From an uncultured archaeon (GTDB taxonomy: Archaea; Asgardarchaeota; Jordiarchaeia; Jordiarchaeales; Jordiarchaeaceae): 32,000 bases of DNA. Location of the stretch: assembly GCA_964510585.1 (NCBI GenBank), contig CAZECW010000121.1, positions 30,001-62,000 on the forward strand. Direction: 5' to 3'. Both the position numbers and the translations under genes were made by a program. The stretch's first letter is position 1. Each line of letters begins with the position of its first letter. The notes below the pieces were generated by a model that saw only the letters and a list, made by a program, of their open reading frames with translations, was not told where the DNA came from and did no database searches. This document shows positions 28,183-32,000 of this stretch, piece after piece.

Positions 28183-28593
28183 TTAATAGGCTTCTACCTT
28201 TAGCCCTGTGATCTCTTCGATCCATTTGAAGTGTTTTTTGTTTCTTGTGACTACCGCTTTGCAGCCGTTGTTTATGGCGATTGCTGCTACGACCGCGTCG
28301 GCTCCAACGCTCTTCCCGTTTCGCGCCAGTTCTCCTGCTATTTTTGCGGCTAGAATCGCGTCGCTGTATTTAAAGCTTAAGACTTCTAACCTTTCAAAGG
28401 CGCTTCCCAGTTTATGTATTATTTTTTCCCTTTTCATGTTGTCTATCAAAACGTAGGCACCGAAGAGTGCTTCGTAAACGTTGAGAGCGGTGGTTGCGTG
28501 GATGCCTTCGTTGTCTAGCTTTTTGGTGAGTTCTCTAATGGTGCTCGGCCTTCTGATCAAATCTACGAAGTAGGTTGTGTCAATACATTTCAT
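28183..28593 (-). CDS. vapC: PIN-domain toxin VapC
   Basis: CIDTTYFVDL, TALNVYE, DAVVAAIA, VVTRNKKHF. Confidence 0.92.
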   Translation of the reverse strand: MKCIDTTYFVDLIRRPSTIRELTKKLDNEGIHATTALNVYEALFGAYVLIDNMKREKIIHKLGSAFERLEVLSFKYSDAILAAKIAGELARNGKSVGADAVVAAIAINNGCKAVVTRNKKHFKWIEEITGLKVEAY

Positions 28594-28807
28594 GCTCTAG
28601 CCTTCTATCAATTTCTTTCCGGATGGAGCTTACAGCTTCCTCGTAACCCTGCACATCGCTCAGTTCGGGGTAGAGATCTAGCACTTCAATTAGTTTACCT
28701 TTCTTCCCCACCAGCCTCTTTATGACATCTGAGAAACTTTCATCGTTTCTTTTTATGCTCTTCAAAAGTTTGTACGCCTCATCTGAGAGAGATATTGTTT
28801 TGGTCAT
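28580..28807 (-). CDS. vapB: DUF217-type antitoxin (VapB)
   Basis: MTKTISLSDEAYKLLKSIKR.DESFSDVIKRL signature; overlaps vapC. Confidence 0.9.
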   Translation of the reverse strand: MTKTISLSDEAYKLLKSIKRNDESFSDVIKRLVGKKGKLIEVLDLYPELSDVQGYEEAVSSIRKEIDRRLEHEMY

Positions 28808-28836
28808 ATGTGCACATATGTGTACAAATATTTAAA
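28805..28836 (-). promoter_or_regulatory. Leaderless promoter with a palindromic operator for vapBC
   Basis: TTTAAATA (28836-28829) centred about 26 bp upstream of the ATG; perfect 16-bp palindrome CATATGTGCACATATG (28805-20) covering the start codon. Confidence 0.65.
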
Positions 28837-29023
28837 TTTGATGGGATGCCAGAAGTTGTCCCATAATTCTCTTGGATTTTAACAGGTTTGAGGTGGCAAA
28901 GCCGACCGCCAAGCGTGACGCCACCTATATTATCTCCATTGAACCAAAACACCGAGAACATAACTCCTGCAGAGAAATGTTTTAGAGTGGAGGAAGCTTC
29001 CAAATTCCTACCCAGGTTATTCC

Positions 29024-29383
29024 ATGAAAAGGGTTCACAGACGTAGGGATAGCTACACCAAGACTACTTCAATGGCGAAGTCCCACTTCCTCCGGCTGAT
29101 AATGTTTCTCGTCGAGATGCTCTTCAAACAATTCGAGGACGCCCAGCTTGAATGTCCACGAGGAAGGGGAAGACGGCACAGCCACCCTCTAGGAAAGCTG
29201 GTCACCCCCGCCGTAATAAAACAGACCATTCACTTCTCTCACATTTTTCTAGAGATAATGACCCCCTCACCCGTAGGCATATCGCCAAACGACAACACCA
29301 TATGGCGTGCCGCCACAAACCCAAGGCTGAAGCCCATCATAGACGAGATGAGCAAACATGTAGTTCCAAATAAAAATGTTTAG
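29024..29383 (+). pseudogene. Probable N-terminal transposase remnant (IS4/IS5-like)
   Basis: PRGRGRR..HPL...VIKQ...S...LE...GISPNDNTIWR resembles the GRP.Y...PD..TI.R N-terminal domain; no DDE domain follows. Confidence 0.4.
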
Positions 29384-29569
29384 AACTCTGTTCATGTTAG
29401 AAAACGGATCGAAATTCTCAGATAAGTTCCAGAAGATCTTGAAAATTGTTAATTGTGTTAAAAGGATTGTTGGAAAACAAAAGTTACCTAGCAATATTAC
29501 CACAAAAGTTTGACAGCGAAGATACAACTCAAAAGAGGCTACAAGATATAATTCACGCAGAAACACTAG

Positions 29570-29846
29570 TTGACACTCTCCGCGACTAAAGTCGCGGGGA
29601 TTCTTCTGACTCATCGGGAGCCTTAGGAAGCAATGGGTGTGCCATCACCCAGTTAACACGCCCTTCCCTCAGGGGAACGGCGTCTGTGTTGGTACCCTCA
29701 TGGGGGCTGCGTCTTGTTTAGCCCCTTAAAGCCCAAGCTAAACCCTTCAGCTACCAACAACTATTGGTATACCCTACTTTCAAATAAGCTTTTTGGCGAT
29801 TCATCCCCACGACTTGAAGTCGAGGCTATCTCGCCAAGGTTTTGTG
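29570..29846 (-). mobile_element. Miniature non-autonomous IS200/IS605-family element (ends plus putative omega/reRNA scaffold, no tnpA or tnpB)
   Basis: Right-end hairpin TCTCCGCGACT-AA-AGTCGCGGGGA (29577-600) ending GTGTCAA on the minus strand. Left-end hairpin 29793-29837 centred on CGACTTGAAGTCG. The TnpB-tail-like peptide KNPRDFSRGECQ lies over the right end; the interior is densely helical. Confidence 0.78.
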
Positions 29847-29868
29847 ATAAGTGAACACTCATTCATAT

Positions 29869-30141
29869 TCACGAACCGAAACATACCATTGTATAGAATC
29901 CATATTGGTAGCCCCATTCCCAAGCGTCATTCCTTAATCCGCTAAGTAACCAATTGTTATAAATCGCATAGCCTAGTAAACCACCCACTGTTATTATGGG
30001 AACGTATTGAGTATAGGGGTTGGGTAATCCCTGAACGAAGACACCATTATAAAGAACATAGCCAATTAAATAAATGGAGCATGTTGCCAATATTCTTCTA
30101 AACTTAATATTACGATTTCTGCGTAGACCTCTCCTTTCCAT
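29869..30141 (-). CDS. Hypothetical membrane protein (may be the frameshifted tail of 30110-30640)
   Basis: Two hydrophobic segments; 32-bp overlap with the upstream ORF. Confidence 0.45.
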   Translation of the reverse strand: MERRGLRRNRNIKFRRILATCSIYLIGYVLYNGVFVQGLPNPYTQYVPIITVGGLLGYAIYNNWLLSGLRNDAWEWGYQYGFYTMVCFGS

Positions 30142-30640
30142 CTCTGGGTCCTAGGATTATCCAAGTGGCGTATAAAATAACATATACTGATAGTCCAATT
30201 AGAAGCATTGCTCCTACAATAATTATTGGTGTTACCGGTGTGAAAGTGATGATGAAACTCAGGATAGCTAGAAAAACCAAAGGTATCAAGAGGTATCCAA
30301 GCACTCCAACCTCACCCTTTTTCTTCCAGATAAGAGCGCCAACCGCCGATATCATAAAAGCAAAAATGAAAGGAAGAAAGACGAGGAGAAATGAACCATT
30401 CAATAGAGAATTCAGCACATAAGAAATTTGGGGAAAGTCACTTGCAAAAATAACCAAACTGCTAGGATCCAAACCCACATCAAAAGGGATAAGATATAAC
30501 ACGGATATGAAACCTGATAACCCGCTGACATCCGACGAAAACAAGTAGTAAAAGTAACCGAGAAAGCCGCCAAACATAGCCACACCCGCAAGAGACACAG
30601 ATCGGCCCAACTCTTCAATCGTATATTTTCTCTCAACCAA
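30110..30640 (-). CDS. Hypothetical multi-pass membrane protein
   Basis: GGAGGG RBS, TTG start, 4-5 hydrophobic helices. Confidence 0.7.
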   Translation of the reverse strand: MVERKYTIEELGRSVSLAGVAMFGGFLGYFYYLFSSDVSGLSGFISVLYLIPFDVGLDPSSLVIFASDFPQISYVLNSLLNGSFLLVFLPFIFAFMISAVGALIWKKKGEVGVLGYLLIPLVFLAILSFIITFTPVTPIIIVGAMLLIGLSVYVILYATWIILGPRDGKERSTQKS

Positions 30641-30795
30641 ATTTTCAACCCTCCTAGACTTTTTTCATAACCAAAGCAAAACCATTAACCATCAGTAAAA
30701 AAACTAAATGAGTTTAAAAGTACTCATATCAAATTTTACACCTTAAACACTTGTTTCTATCATGCTCCTCGATAATAAAAATATTATCAACTCGA

Positions 30796-30934
30796 TGCTG
30801 TGTTGTATAATTTTACTTTTTCTAATAAATTTATTTAATTTTCTTAAATTTTTTCAAATTAACAATGTGAAATTGCAAAAAATTCAAAATAATATATAAA
30901 TAAATTAAAAAAATAAGAATTATGCAACACAGCA
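30796..30934. mobile_element. MITE copy 2 (139 bp), IS1595-type ends
   Basis: TIRs TGCTGTGTTGTATAATTTT / AGAATTATGCAACACAGCA; perfect 8-bp target duplication CAACTCGA (30788-95 and 30935-42). Confidence 0.93.
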
Positions 30935-30953
30935 CAACTCGACCACTTATTTT

Positions 30954-31561
30954 TTAACTCGTTTTGAAGGCACTTAATATTTTTCTGAATAGAGCCATAT
31001 TTAAGCTGATAATTGGGCCGTATCCAGTTAAAAATGACACCAATAAGACGAAGTAAATGGGATACAGACTTATGTTCCCAAAAAAGGATACGTGAAAAGT
31101 GAAATAGGAGGCTAGTACTATGACCAGATACAGCGTTATAACAATCACTGCAATGAGATATACTAGCAGTCTATGTTTTTTAGGTGCTTCGGCAATCGAA
31201 TATTTAATGTTCCTCCAGTCCTCCGAAAATTGTTTGTACCCTCTTACCCTGCCCAGTGAAACGAAAAAGGATAGAATCCAAGACAAAACAATGGAGGGGT
31301 AATAAAGAGTAGGAAAAGAAACATAAGTATCAGAAAGAACTGTGTACCAATCGGATAAACTATCACATCTCTTACTACCAATCCATAGGGGGAATAGCTC
31401 ACCACATCATACGGGGCATCAGAATACATAATTAAAGGTATAGAATACGAGGAAAAAGCCATCGCATATACAAGTAGGGGTACAGCCGCGATTATAATGA
31501 AAGTGAGGTCTAACCCCAACAATATGTTAACCACATATTGGGTATTGCTATTACCAAACAA
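30954..31561 (-). pseudogene. Membrane protein gene split by a frameshift near 31290 (ORFs 31244-31561 and 30954-31286)
   Basis: Two overlapping hydrophobic ORFs that read continuously (..FLLFITP / IVLSWILSFF..) if one base shifts; could be a sequencing error. Confidence 0.5.
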
Positions 31562-31785
31562 AGTTAAAACCTTCTCTTCCTTTGATTTTTAAAACCTACA
31601 TAGGCTACGCTTCTTAGAAGAAAGAAGCCCAAAAAACAATAAACACCTTGCTTCCTGCCTAATACGTATCATTCGGGTAGATCAGGGTGGAGTAATGGGA
31701 CCCACACCCATCTGTTGGTACCGCTGTTGGCGTTAAACCATAAACAGGCCGAGAACAGAAGGGGAGTTTTTTATGATAAGTTGCA

Positions 31786-31980
31786 CTATTCTCCACCCTG
31801 TGGCACTAGTCTTGTTTTAAAGTGTTTATGGCTAAAGTACCAGCAAAGAAACGCGAAGACCGCAAGTAACATTACAGAGGGTGCTATCATGGAAGTTGGA
31901 CAAACCTCTACAAAGCCCAAATATGCCACTATAAACGCTATTGTTATAGCTATTATACCCATTTTGCTAGTGAGGAGCAT
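31786..31980 (-). CDS. Small membrane protein or the tail of a gene entering from outside the window
   Basis: Two hydrophobic helices; the start is uncertain at the window edge. Confidence 0.4.
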   Translation of the reverse strand: MLLTSKMGIIAITIAFIVAYLGFVEVCPTSMIAPSVMLLAVFAFLCWYFSHKHFKTRLVPQGGE

Positions 31981-32000
31981 GGTTTTGTCTTTTTTTGACC

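Noticed and set aside
29267-29614. 115-aa minus-strand ORF starting MSQKNPRDFSRGECQ
   Set aside because: Read-through from the IS605-type right end into flanking DNA; not protein-like beyond the first residues.
1-32000. CRISPR array or integron attC array organising the TA cassettes
   Set aside because: No regularly spaced short repeat or shared inter-cassette motif was found by eye, and there is no integrase.

Overview
This is an archaeal window (TATA-box and leaderless promoters, DUF104/DUF217 antitoxins, MNT-HEPN pairs). The corrinoid and UroD-like genes suggest an anaerobe such as Bathyarchaeia, but the taxon cannot be fixed from sequence alone. Bases 1-5070 hold a divergent metabolic cluster: a GH3 glycosidase, a corrinoid protein and a small unknown protein on the minus strand, and two UroD-like methyltransferase-family genes on the plus strand. 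The rest is an accessory island. It carries seven toxin-antitoxin-like modules, an intact frameshift-type IS630 plus a relic, an IS1595 relic with two MITEs sharing its ends, and a ~280-bp IS200/IS605-derived element that seems to keep only its ends and a guide-RNA scaffold. It also has large unknown alpha-helical proteins, an ADP-ribosylglycohydrolase, an MgtA-type ATPase with a duplicated TM4 segment, and a nested-helix non-coding region (15672-15945) that looks like an unassigned structured RNA. No rRNA, tRNA or CRISPR array was seen. Family assignments come from motif recognition, not database searches.
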